Below, piece after piece: positions 8,785 through 17,141 of a DNA stretch of 64,000 nt. Under the pieces are notes generated by a model. That model was not told where the DNA came from and did not search any database. It was given only the letters and a program-made list of their open reading frames with translations. A program made the translations under genes and the position numbers. Origin of the DNA: an uncultured Verrucomicrobiae bacterium (GTDB taxonomy: Bacteria > Verrucomicrobiota > Verrucomicrobiia > Chthoniobacterales > UBA10450); the NCBI GenBank assembly GCA_963834385.1, contig CAWIBO010000005.1:64001-128000 (forward strand). The letters run 5' to 3'. Numbering within the stretch: the first letter of the stretch is position 1; the number at the start of each line of letters is the position of its first letter.

Positions 8785-9042
8785 CTTCGCGCGTCGCTGA
8801 CCAAACGCCTTCTGGAAAGAAGCTAGGTGCAAGCGAAGCTCCTGCCACTTTCTGGTGCTCCGTTTCGGGGGCACCGGGAGATCCGGCCCGATGAAGACGC
8901 AACGTGCACAACACTGAGGGCACTTAACGCGACCGGCACCGATCGTGCCTACCTGCTCGGGGTAAAGCTGCGTGACTAAGCGAAAGGTCTCGGACCTCAC
9001 TCCAATGCGGCAATCGAAGCACACCCAGTTCCCGCGGCACAT
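8779..9042 (-). CDS. Cassette: small zinc-ribbon protein
   Basis: CFDC...CPQC pairs followed by G..LPVPPKR...W. Confidence 0.72.
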   Translation of the reverse strand: MCRGNWVCFDCRIGVRSETFRLVTQLYPEQVGTIGAGRVKCPQCCARCVFIGPDLPVPPKRSTRKWQELRLHLASFQKAFGQRRAKV

Positions 9043-9046
9043 GTGG

Positions 9047-9169
9047 GTCTAACGAGAGAGAAGTGAGCGACCGCCACCGAGGGCGAACGGTGCTCGAAGT
9101 GAATGGATGCGAGTCATGAAAAGCGTGATCGCAGAGCGGTCCGCGGTTCGCTGCATCGCCTGGTTAGAC
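9047..9169 (-). repeat. attC site 17 (family A/B chimera)
   Basis: Left half gcgaccgccacc (A); right half gcagagcggtccgc...catcgcctggttag (B). Confidence 0.88.
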
Positions 9170-9478
9170 GATTGGGCCTCGCTCATGAATCCAAGCACGC
9201 CACTCCTCCAGGACCTCTACGATCTTCTCTGCGTGTTTGCGCGCATCGTCCACTTGAGAAAGCGCCATCGTCTCAAGCTGTGTGCTGACGAGGAACTCGA
9301 CAATATCGCCGGCTGGTGCGTGTGACTGCAACAGCGAAAAGACACGCGGGAGATACGCATGATACTCGTCGCGCGCCTGCGGCACTTGCGCCACGCCGAT
9401 GGGATCCCACAGATAGTGCAGGACCTCATCCACACGCCGATACAGCTCTCTCTGCTCGGGCGGCAACTTTTGTCCCAT
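9164..9478 (-). CDS. Cassette: conserved hypothetical protein (WDPIG...DEY motif, DUF1871-like)
   Basis: VDEVLHYLWDPIGV...ARDEYHAYLP. Confidence 0.72.
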   Translation of the reverse strand: MGQKLPPEQRELYRRVDEVLHYLWDPIGVAQVPQARDEYHAYLPRVFSLLQSHAPAGDIVEFLVSTQLETMALSQVDDARKHAEKIVEVLEEWRAWIHERGPIV

Positions 9479-9488
9479 GCGCGGAATC

Positions 9489-9614
9489 GTCTAACGACCC
9501 AAGCTCAGCGACAGGCGGAGTGGGCGCGGCTCCTGCCGGTGGGTGGAAGGGCGGCGGTCGTCTGCCGCAGGAGCCGTGACCGCGGAGCCTGTTCGCTGCA
9601 GTGCATGGTTAGGC
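9489..9614 (-). repeat. attC site 18 (family C)
   Basis: gtctaacgacccaagctcagcgac...gttcgctgcagtgcatggttaggc. Confidence 0.9.
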
Positions 9615-9648
9615 GATGCGGCCGATTGCAGTGCGATCTTGAAGCCAC

Positions 9649-10035
9649 TCAGCTCTCATACATATGGTAGGTTTTGGCGATGATGCGCCAAGCGCCGTCA
9701 AGTTTGATGAGGGTGTGAAAGTCGGTGTAGTCCGCGCCGATGGCGTCCTTCTCCATGTCCACGCGCACCACTGCCGTCGTGGGCGTGATCGCCAACACGT
9801 CGATCCGCGTCTGAATGTCGGGGGCAGTGCCGTTGGCGGCAACGAAGTCGTAGAGATTCTTGATCGGGCCGCCGAGTAACTCGCCGTTGGTGAAGCCATA
9901 CATCACAGCGTCCTGATGGAAGGCTTCGCCGAGGCCAGCGACGTTTCCGACGCGCAGCCCGTCGACGTATTTGGTGACCGTCGCGACGACGTCTGCATAA
10001 TCTTGAGTGGGCACGGTTTTGATGTTTTTTGTCAT
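9649..10035 (-). CDS. Cassette: NTF2-like (lumazine-binding-like) protein, copy 1
   Basis: MTKNIK...AFHQDAVMYG...YTDFHTLIKLDGAWRIIAKTYH. Confidence 0.85.
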   Translation of the reverse strand: MTKNIKTVPTQDYADVVATVTKYVDGLRVGNVAGLGEAFHQDAVMYGFTNGELLGGPIKNLYDFVAANGTAPDIQTRIDVLAITPTTAVVRVDMEKDAIGADYTDFHTLIKLDGAWRIIAKTYHMYES

Positions 10036-10113
10036 GAGATTGATTTTGGTGTGATGGTCGGAGAAACTAGAGGGTGGCAAAAATTGGCTTCATGTTCGGT
10101 GAGCGCGAGCAGC

Positions 10114-10236
10114 GCCTAACGAGAACAAGATGAGCGACCGCCACCGGGGGCGAGCGTCGATCGGAGGTGGATTGACTTAGTCATGGAAAATGTGGAGCGA
10201 AGCGGGTAGGCGTTCGCTGCATTGCCTTGGTTAGGC
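10114..10236 (-). repeat. attC site 19
   Basis: gcctaacgag...gttaggc; near-identical to 13072-13198. Confidence 0.9.
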
Positions 10237-10252
10237 GGCATTGAAGTCAAGC

Positions 10253-10666
10253 TTATCGTGGTGGAAATGCGCCGAGCTGCATCATCAGACCGAGGGCATC
10301 CATGATGATGCGCGTGTCTTTGATTTTGCCGGCCTCAAGCCGGTCAATGACCACGCCCCACACCCTGACTGGGCGTCCGGTGGCGGGCACGCCAAAAAAC
10401 TCCGCCTTGTGCGTTCCCGTCCACTCGAAGCGTGTCATCACCTTGTCGCCTTCGGTAATCTGTTCCTCGACCGTCCAGTGCATGTCTGGAAACGCGGCCC
10501 GCATGCCACGCAAGACGTTTTTCAAACCGGCCAAGCCTGGTCCTTGCCCGGGAAGCGGAACGTGCTCCACCATATCCTCCCAAAAGAACTGCCCAGCGGC
10601 GTCGATATTCCCTTGGCTTAAAACTTCCTCAACGAAACTTCGGACAATGTTGCTGTTACTTTGCAT
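10253..10666 (-). CDS. Cassette: SnoaL-like ester cyclase, copy 1
   Basis: AAFPDMHWTVEEQI.EGDKV.TR...GTH...FFGVPATGR. Confidence 0.9.
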   Translation of the reverse strand: MQSNSNIVRSFVEEVLSQGNIDAAGQFFWEDMVEHVPLPGQGPGLAGLKNVLRGMRAAFPDMHWTVEEQITEGDKVMTRFEWTGTHKAEFFGVPATGRPVRVWGVVIDRLEAGKIKDTRIIMDALGLMMQLGAFPPR

Positions 10667-10682
10667 AAATGGTGGTGTTGCC

Positions 10683-10791
10683 GCCTAACGAGAACAAGAT
10701 GAGCCACCGCGCAAATTACGAGGGGCTTTCGTGATGCAAAAAAATCTGGGCATACGGACGGTCCGCGGTGGGCTCCATCGCACGGTTAGGT
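10683..10791 (-). repeat. attC site 20 (family D)
   Basis: gcctaacgag...gagccaccgcg...cgcggtgggctc...gttaggt. Confidence 0.9.
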
Positions 10792-10803
10792 GCACGTGTG
10801 GCT

Positions 10804-11250
10804 TCATCGCAACGGTCGGAATGATGAAACATTAGTAAGCTCGGCCGGCGACAGACCCATGTGACCGAATCCAAGCGCCGTAACGGACTCGAACTCTCGA
10901 CCATCGTCGCGCTTCAGAATCTCGCGACGAATTTCGGGGCGATAATGAAATAGGCCGACGACTCGCACATATCGATTGGAGAGTCGGCTCACTCTCCTCC
11001 ATCCGGGTGAGACCCAAATGCTGCACGAAAATATGCCGCCCGCCGGAGCATGATCGCAATGGCCATCCGGCGAAGTATAAAGGCTGGTCTCTTCCAGGTC
11101 CGATACGTAATAGCCGATGACCGCGATGCGCTTGCCGACGAAATCGCCCGGCCGCGCGAAAAGCTCCGCGACGGTGACGTCGCCCTTCTGACGTTTCGCC
11201 GTGCAACCGGGTAGAAGCAGGACCAGGCTGATGTAGCAAACAAGCCTCAT
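10804..11250 (-). CDS. Cassette: hypothetical lipoprotein (OB-fold-like)
   Basis: Lipobox LPGC; TVAELFARPGDFVGKRIAVIGY. Confidence 0.72.
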   Translation of the reverse strand: MRLVCYISLVLLLPGCTAKRQKGDVTVAELFARPGDFVGKRIAVIGYYVSDLEETSLYTSPDGHCDHAPAGGIFSCSIWVSPGWRRVSRLSNRYVRVVGLFHYRPEIRREILKRDDGREFESVTALGFGHMGLSPAELTNVSSFRPLR

Positions 11251-11252
11251 GC

Positions 11253-11369
11253 ACCTAGAGAAGTGATCGACCGCCACCGGGGGCGAGCGGTGCTCGAAGT
11301 GGAAGGTTGTGGGTCATGGAAAGCGAGGTCTTTCGGCGGGTGGCGGTTCGCTCGACTGACAGGTTAGCT
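11253..11369 (-). repeat. attC site 21 (family A, R' core deleted)
   Basis: cctagagaagtga versus consensus cctaacgagagagaagtga (6 nt missing). Confidence 0.85.
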
Positions 11370-11824
11370 CATTCTACGTAGCGTCGGCTCGACAACAGTG
11401 CCGTCAAAATGGCATCAGAATCGACGGTCGCGGATCCGCCTCGGCTAAACCTCGCCCTCAAGGATGGGAGAGACAGATGAACTCATAAAACCACCTTACT
11501 AGAGACCATGGCGCGCCCTCGCCGAGGCTATATCTCTCTGACTTCGCCAGCTCGATCTTGATGATGGCGATATCGTCAGCTTCCGGCGAACGGCGCTTGC
11601 CGGCTGTCCTTTGCGTATCCGTGTGGCGGCTCGTGATCGTGAGCGGTGGATCTTGTGCGCCAGGCGCCCAATCTGGAGTGCGGCTCAGCGTATCGATGTC
11701 CGTCACATACTGGACGCGCTTGCCCCTGGCATCGGTCATATCAGAGAGGACCACCCGCGACGGCCCCTGTTCTTGACGACCACGCAGGCGTAGCGGCGAG
11801 AATCAGGAGCAACAGTGCGCGCAT
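11364..11824 (-). pseudogene. Cassette: frameshifted secreted protein
   Basis: Signal MRALLLLILAATPAWS; PDWAPGAQDPPL in a second frame; C-terminal DGTVVEP. Confidence 0.6.
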
Positions 11825-11826
11825 AG

Positions 11827-11950
11827 AGCTAACGAGAACAAGATGAGCGACGGCGGACGAGGGCGCGCGTCGCTCGGAGTGGAAGGGTGGAAGTCATCTC
11901 AAAAGTGGCGCGCACAGCGGTCCGCCGTTCGCTCCATCGCATGGTTAGGC
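11827..11950 (-). repeat. attC site 22 (family B, basic form)
   Basis: agctaacgag...gttaggc. Confidence 0.93.
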
Positions 11951-12278
11951 CTCGCGCGTGACATCGGGTAAATCATCTATAGAATCCGCCGACGCGAAGC
12001 ACGCGACATAGTCAATGTCTTCGACTGGCTCATCGTACCCTTTCGATCTCATAGGCTTCAGCCTCAGCAGGGACCAAAGCAGCCAAATCTGGGGGCATGA
12101 CCCAATACGTATCGTCTCCCTTGCCTTCGACGCGAACCAGCAGTCCGCCGACTTCGGCAGACTCGATGACGCCGCAAAACGCAGTGAATGTCTCTTTGCC
12201 ATCGCCACTGATATCGCGAAGACTGACCAGAACACGCTTGCCAATAAAACGTTCAGCAAGTTGTGGCGTGTATTCCAT
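11945..12278 (-). CDS. Cassette: hypothetical protein, frameshift near 12045
   Basis: MEYTPQLAERFIGKRVLV...MPPDL continues as GYDEPVEDIDY in another frame to the stop in R''. Confidence 0.6.
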
Positions 12279-12280
12279 GG

Positions 12281-12572
12281 GCCTAACGAGAACAAGATGA
12301 GCGACGGCGGACGACCGTGCCCGCCGTGTTACAGCGTTGCAGGCGGGGAGCGCGTCGCGAGGAATGGAACGGACTGGCAAGCCGTGACATAGACCTGAGG
12401 CCGAAGGTTGAACGAGTCGCGCGAGTGAATCAATGGAACGGACTGGCAAGCCGTGACATAGACCTGAAGCCCGAAGGCTGAAGGAGTCGCGCGAGTGAAT
12501 CAATGGAGGGTGGAAATCATCTCAAAGTGGCGCGCACGGCGGTCCGCCGTTCGCTCAATCGCATGGTTAGGC
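12281..12572 (-). repeat. attC site 23 (family B, 292 nt, two 69/70-nt tandem units)
   Basis: Same inserts as 3931-4224; units begin at 12363 and 12432. Confidence 0.9.
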
Positions 12573-12606
12573 GATGCGGCCGATTGCAGTGCGATCATGA
12601 AGCCAT

Positions 12607-12993
12607 TCAGCCCTCATACATGTGGTAGGTTTTGGCGATGATGCGCCAAGCGCCGTCAAGTTTGATGAGGGTGTGGAAGTCGGTGTAGTCCGCGCCGATG
12701 GCGTCCTTCTCCATGTCCACGCGCACCACTGCCGTCGTGGGCGTGATCGCCAACACGTCGATCCGCGTCTGAATGTCGGGGGCAGTGCCGTTGGCGGCAA
12801 CGAAGTCGTAGAGATTCTTGATCGGGCCGCCGAGTAACTCGCCGTTGGTGAAGCCATACATCACAGCGTCCTGATGGAAGGCTTCGCCGAGGCCAGCGAC
12901 GTTTCCGACGCGCAGCCCGTCGACGTATTTGGTGACCGTCGCGACGACGTCTGCATAATCTTGAGTGGGCACGGTTTTGATGTTTTTTGTCAT
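12607..12993 (-). CDS. Cassette: NTF2-like protein, copy 2
   Basis: Near-identical to 9649-10035 (ends YEG rather than YES). Confidence 0.85.
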   Translation of the reverse strand: MTKNIKTVPTQDYADVVATVTKYVDGLRVGNVAGLGEAFHQDAVMYGFTNGELLGGPIKNLYDFVAANGTAPDIQTRIDVLAITPTTAVVRVDMEKDAIGADYTDFHTLIKLDGAWRIIAKTYHMYEG

Positions 12994-13071
12994 GAGATTG
13001 ATTTTGGTGTGGTGGTCGGAGAAACTAGAGGGTAGCAAAAATTGGCTTCATGTTCGGTGAGCGCGAGCAGC

Positions 13072-13198
13072 GCCTAACGAGAACAAGAAACGAGCGACCG
13101 CCACCGGGGGCGAGCGTCGATCGGAGGTGAATTGACTTAGTCATGGAAAGTGTGGAGCGAACAGCGGGTAGGCGTTCGCTGCATTGCCTTGGTTAGGC
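13072..13198 (-). repeat. attC site 24
   Basis: Near-identical to 10114-10236. Confidence 0.9.
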
Positions 13199-13214
13199 GG
13201 CATTGAAGTCAAGC

Positions 13215-13628
13215 TTATCGTGGTGGAAATGCGCCGAGCTGCATCATCAGACCGAGGGCATCCATGATGATGCGCGTGTCTTTAATTTTGCCGGCCTCAA
13301 GCCGGTCAATGACCACGCCCCACACCCTGACTGGGCGTCCGGTGGCGGGCACGCCAAAAAACTCCGCCTTGTGCGTTCCCGTCCACTCGAAACGTGTCAT
13401 CACCTTGTCGCCTTCGGCAATCTGTTCCTCGACCGTCCAGTGCATGTCTGGAAACGCGGCCCGCATGCCACGCAAGACGTCTTTCAAACCGGCCAAGCCT
13501 GGTCCTTGCCCGGGAAGCGGAACGTGCTCCACCATATCCTCCCAAAAGAACTGCCCAGCGGCGTCGATTTTCCCTTGGCTTAGAACTTCCTCAACGAAAC
13601 TTCGGACAATGTTGCTGTTACTTTGCAT
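13215..13628 (-). CDS. Cassette: SnoaL-like ester cyclase, copy 2
   Basis: Three amino-acid differences from 10253-10666. Confidence 0.9.
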   Translation of the reverse strand: MQSNSNIVRSFVEEVLSQGKIDAAGQFFWEDMVEHVPLPGQGPGLAGLKDVLRGMRAAFPDMHWTVEEQIAEGDKVMTRFEWTGTHKAEFFGVPATGRPVRVWGVVIDRLEAGKIKDTRIIMDALGLMMQLGAFPPR

Positions 13629-13644
13629 GAATGGTGGTGTTGCC

Positions 13645-13713
13645 GCCTAACGACGAGTGGAGCGATGAGTCGGAGCGAAGCGGAGACTCATTCGCTCACA
13701 CGATTTGTTAGGC
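13645..13713 (-). repeat. attC site 25 (short, 69 nt, unique)
   Basis: gcctaac...gagcgatgagtc...gactcattcgctc...gttaggc. Confidence 0.9.
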
Positions 13714-14157
13714 CGCGTTCGAGAGGCGCTTGCGAAACACTCGCTGCGTCTTGGTGTGTCGAAAGGATAAACTCTCATAAAACTTGTGGGACTCTGCGCG
13801 CTCCTCACGGCAACGCACAGACAAGTCTACAGCTCCGCGCTCCACCGCCCAACCCTCAACTGACTGAACTAATCGCCGCCCAATGCCACTCCGCCGCCAT
13901 CGCTCGTCGACAATCAAGCCGCCAATCTCCACACGAAAGTCCGACTCCAAAAGCTGGCAAAGATAACCGTGAATCCAGCCTGCTAACTCCCCGCCTGGCA
14001 CTTCGGCCACCATAAGGCGGTCATCTTCCACTCCAAACATCCGCTCCATGCGCACCCGTATCGCCGCCTCGGAGACCGGATAGCCGAGTTGTGAAGTCAA
14101 CCGCGCCAACTCTGCTGCGTCCGATTCAACAGCTTGTCTGATTATCGGCTGGGACAT
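13708..14157 (-). CDS. Cassette: GNAT N-acetyltransferase
   Basis: LIVDERWRRSGIG acetyl-CoA motif A; SHKFYESLSF. Confidence 0.9.
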   Translation of the reverse strand: MSQPIIRQAVESDAAELARLTSQLGYPVSEAAIRVRMERMFGVEDDRLMVAEVPGGELAGWIHGYLCQLLESDFRVEIGGLIVDERWRRSGIGRRLVQSVEGWAVERGAVDLSVRCREERAESHKFYESLSFRHTKTQRVFRKRLSNAA

Positions 14158-14165
14158 ACGAAGCG

Positions 14166-14289
14166 GCCTAACGAGAACAAGATGAGCGACGGCGGACGAG
14201 GGCGCGCGTCGCTCGGAGTGGAAGGGTGAAAGTCATCTCAAAAGTGGCGCGCACCGCGGTCCGCCGTTCGCTCCATCGCATGGTTAGGC
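14166..14289 (-). repeat. attC site 26 (family B)
   Basis: Near-identical to 11827-11950. Confidence 0.93.
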
Positions 14290-14298
14290 CTGGGCGTG

Positions 14299-14715
14299 CT
14301 ATCGCGCTGGACGTCGAAGAATATTGTCATAATCGCCGTGCGCGATCTTCTGTGCAATGACCCGCACCTGATCGTCTGACCCGATGCAGCCGATCATCGT
14401 CTCGACGCGGTCCTCGCGGGATGTGAAGGCAGGAAGAGCCTGCGTAAAGGCAGCGGCGTCGCTGAGCCGCAGGCCAAGAAGTGCGTAGAGCTGACCCGCG
14501 GGCGATGCCGAATCGACGAGTCGCCGAAACGTCGCAACACGATCAGCCTGGCCGAGCGCCGCGCGAAGAGCGTGCTCTCCGTCGGAGGTGCGGGCACCAT
14601 CGCTGATGGGACCGACCGCAAAGAATGCGGCCCGCTCCAAGCTCGGCTTCTCCTTAGCGGCAACGTGCAGCACGGCGCAGGTCGTAAGCACGAGTAGAAG
14701 CGCAACGCGGTGCAT
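14299..14715 (-). CDS. Cassette: hypothetical secreted protein
   Basis: Signal peptide; ASPAGQLYALLGL...TMIGCI. Confidence 0.75.
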   Translation of the reverse strand: MHRVALLLVLTTCAVLHVAAKEKPSLERAAFFAVGPISDGARTSDGEHALRAALGQADRVATFRRLVDSASPAGQLYALLGLRLSDAAAFTQALPAFTSREDRVETMIGCIGSDDQVRVIAQKIAHGDYDNILRRPAR

Positions 14716-14717
14716 AG

Positions 14718-14841
14718 GCCTAACGAGAACAAGATGAGCGACGGCGGACGGGAGCGCGCGTCGGTCGGATTAAAAGTGTGAAAGTCATCTTAAAAGTGGC
14801 GCGCACCGCGGTCCGCCGTTCGCTCGATCGCTGGGTTAGGT
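14718..14841 (-). repeat. attC site 27 (family B)
   Basis: gcctaacgag...gttaggt. Confidence 0.93.
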
Positions 14842-15272
14842 GACAGCTTCCATAGCTCACGGGCTCTCGAGATATATTCCATTTGGTGCGGATCGCTCTG
14901 CGGCTGGATGAAGGTGAGAAAGTCGAGAAGCGCTTGTCTCTGCGCAGCCGTGTATCCGCCGGTCGGCTGGAAACGAAACTCGTCGCTGAGGGAATAGAGG
15001 AGAAACTGCGTAACGGTAGACTCTGGATCGCGGGCGGCGACTCGCAGGTATGCGGGCAGATAATAACGCTTCGCGTCGTCTGACATGAACACAAGCTGGT
15101 CGAAGCTGCGCTTGACCCAATCGTCTGCAAGCTCCTCTGGCGTGCGACCACGTAAATCGCCTCGCAGCGTGTCGCACTCGTCGCAATGGTGCGGCACCAA
15201 CGCGTCATCTGCGGGAGCGGCCGCACTGGAGAAGGCCTCGCGAATCTGCTGCATGAGGTCGTCGTATGACAT
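14790..15272 (-). CDS. Cassette: DUF6714-like protein (reads into attC)
   Basis: IREAF...HCDEC...FMSDDAKRYYLPAYL...QRQALLDFL. Confidence 0.72.
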   Translation of the reverse strand: MSYDDLMQQIREAFSSAAAPADDALVPHHCDECDTLRGDLRGRTPEELADDWVKRSFDQLVFMSDDAKRYYLPAYLRVAARDPESTVTQFLLYSLSDEFRFQPTGGYTAAQRQALLDFLTFIQPQSDPHQMEYISRARELWKLSPNPAIERTADRGARHF

Positions 15273-15284
15273 GACGCGGCTGTC

Positions 15285-15398
15285 ACCTAACGAGAGAGAA
15301 GTGAGCGACCGCCACCGAGGGCGAGCGGTGCTCGAAGTGGAAGGTTTCGAGTCATGGAAAGCGTGGCTTTCGGCGGGTGGCGGTTCGCTCGACTGATA
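15285..15398 (-). repeat. attC site 28, main part (interrupted by IS; remainder at 16901-16908)
   Basis: Family A sequence stops at cgactgata and resumes as ggttagatc after the IS. Confidence 0.9.
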
Positions 15399-15443
15399 GA
15401 TGGCATGAAGAGAAGCGGGTGAGCGGTTTAGACTCACCCGCTT

Positions 15444-16547
15444 ATGCTTAAAACAATCGTTCATCACGAAGGGGTCCGCTCACTCGAGCGAACCGGAACA
15501 AGGATAAAGGGCGCGCCCGCGCAGATCAAGATCGGTCTGGACGTGCACGCGCAGGTGTACGTGGCCGTGGCGCAATACGATCAGCTGCTGCCCAAGGCGG
15601 CGCGACGCTTTGCCCCCAGCGAGTTTGTCCCCTGGGTGGAGGGCCTGCTGCGGGCCGGTCATCAGGTCTACGTCGTCTACGAGGCGTGCGGGTTTGGGTT
15701 CACTCTCTACCGGCAGCTTAAGGCGGCCGGAGCGCACTGCTACGTTATCGCGCCGCGCAAGCTGGACGAGCAATGCACCCGGGTGAAAACCGATCCGCGC
15801 GATGCCACCACGCTGTGCCAGCGTCTTTCGCGTTACTGCGAAGGCAACACGCGCGAGCTGGCCGTCATCCGGGTCCCGAGCGAGGAGGAGGAACAGGCCC
15901 GGCACGTCTCGCGTCAGCGGGAGCAACTGGTGCATCATCGCCAGAAGATGGAAGCGCAGGGGCGCGGCCTCCTGGTCAGTCATGCCTTGCCGGCCCCGGC
16001 GCACTGGTGGAAGAACCAGACCTGGAGCCGGCTGCAAAAGCATCTCCCGGAGTGGGTGGTGGCGCGCCTGGCGGTCTATCGACCGGCGCTTTTGGCGTTG
16101 CAGGATCAGATCAGCCAGCTGGGCGTTGCCCTGGAAGCGGCCGCGCCTGAGTCGATCCCGGTCGGGTTGGGCAAATTGACCACGGTGGTGCTGACCCGCG
16201 AGATCTGTGACTGGCACCGGTTCAACAATCGGCGGGTGATCAGTTCCTATACCGGGCTCTGTCCGGGCGAACGCTCCAGCGGCAGCAAACGGGTGCCGGG
16301 AAGTGTGACCAAGCGGGGCAACCCGCGGGTGCGCGCGGCGCTCGTGGAGTGCGCCTGGCGGATGGTGCGTTTCCAGCCGCAATACCCGCCGGTGGCGAAA
16401 CGACTGGCAATCCTAGCCAAAGGTTCACGGGCCACCGGCGCCGTGCGCAAGAAGGCGATCGTGGCCGTGGCACGCCACCTGGCCGTCGATCTCTGGCGCA
16501 TCCACACCGGCCGCATGACCCCGGAAGCCATCGGACTAAAGATTTGA
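15444..16547 (+). CDS. IS110-family DEDD transposase/recombinase
   Basis: GLDVH, YEACG and KTDPRDA (DEDD) plus SYTGLCPGERSSG...TKRGN C-terminal domain. Confidence 0.95.
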   Translation: MLKTIVHHEGVRSLERTGTRIKGAPAQIKIGLDVHAQVYVAVAQYDQLLPKAARRFAPSEFVPWVEGLLRAGHQVYVVYEACGFGFTLYRQLKAAGAHCYVIAPRKLDEQCTRVKTDPRDATTLCQRLSRYCEGNTRELAVIRVPSEEEEQARHVSRQREQLVHHRQKMEAQGRGLLVSHALPAPAHWWKNQTWSRLQKHLPEWVVARLAVYRPALLALQDQISQLGVALEAAAPESIPVGLGKLTTVVLTREICDWHRFNNRRVISSYTGLCPGERSSGSKRVPGSVTKRGNPRVRAALVECAWRMVRFQPQYPPVAKRLAILAKGSRATGAVRKKAIVAVARHLAVDLWRIHTGRMTPEAIGLKI

Positions 16548-16889
16548 TGCTTTCATGAAAGCGAAAGGAACCAAAGTTATTCGAGGGGAACAGTTCATCA
16601 CCGCAGTCGCATAACCCTTTGGAACGTGGCGCGTGTCCGGGATCTAACCTGAACCGTGCTATGACGAGCTTCGTCGCCATAGATTGGGCCGCGCCCACGT
16701 TCCGCTTCAGTTGGACGGCATAAGTCACTTTGCGCTGCGGCAAATATCCCGCATGCGCGGATAGGAGTATCAGCCGCTGAAGAATCTCAGCGCGCAACAA
16801 GAAGCGGAAACGTTCTAAAAGAATCACGCCAACCAACACGCCATCAAACCAATGACTTAATTACCAATTTCCCCACTCACTCGTTGACA
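16548..16889 (+). ncRNA. Candidate bridge/seek RNA region of the IS
   Basis: About 340-nt non-coding end with several stems; GATCTAACCT (16641-16650) is complementary to the reconstituted target; RNA boundaries unknown. Confidence 0.65.
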
Positions 16890-16945
16890 CTCTTCATAGG
16901 GGTTAGATCGTTTAGCGTGCGATAACATTCGGCTCGGCAATACTG

Positions 16946-17140
16946 CTACTTCGGCGCCCTCTTGTGGTTGTCTGCTCGGCGAACGCGCCTGGAGCCGTCT
17001 ACGAGCAGCGCGACTCCTACCAGCACAAGCGCAAAAGAGATCGCGGCCTGCTGCCAATATCGCGGAGCCAATGTCGGTAGCAGAAACCCCATCATCAGAA
17101 GCCCGATGAAAAATTCGATAGCGCCTATAAACGTCCTCAT
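16946..17140 (-). CDS. First cassette: small 2-TM membrane protein
   Basis: ATG directly after the attI GTTAGATC; two hydrophobic helices. Confidence 0.7.
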   Translation of the reverse strand: MRTFIGAIEFFIGLLMMGFLLPTLAPRYWQQAAISFALVLVGVALLVDGSRRVRRADNHKRAPK

Positions 17141-17141
17141 G

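Larger units (their letters stand above)
15399..16900 (+). mobile_element. IS110-family (IS1111-type) insertion sequence inserted in attC
   Basis: Sub-terminal IRs ATGAAGAG (15405-15412) and CTCTTCAT (16890-16897), 6 and 3 nt from the ends; no TSD; removal restores a normal attC. Confidence 0.92.

Noticed and set aside
9603..13651. Cassette duplication as a pure assembly artefact
   Set aside because: The copies differ by several substitutions and have different flanking attC sites; read confirmation is still advisable
631..15398. Regularly spaced repeats read as a CRISPR array
   Set aside because: Repeats are 69-294-nt imperfect palindromes separated by whole genes, there are no cas genes, and intI is adjacent: they are attC sites
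16884..16900. Complete circle-junction promoter of the IS
   Set aside because: TTGACA is present, but the predicted junction places ATGAAG/CATGAA at the -10 position, a poor match; only the -35 is supported
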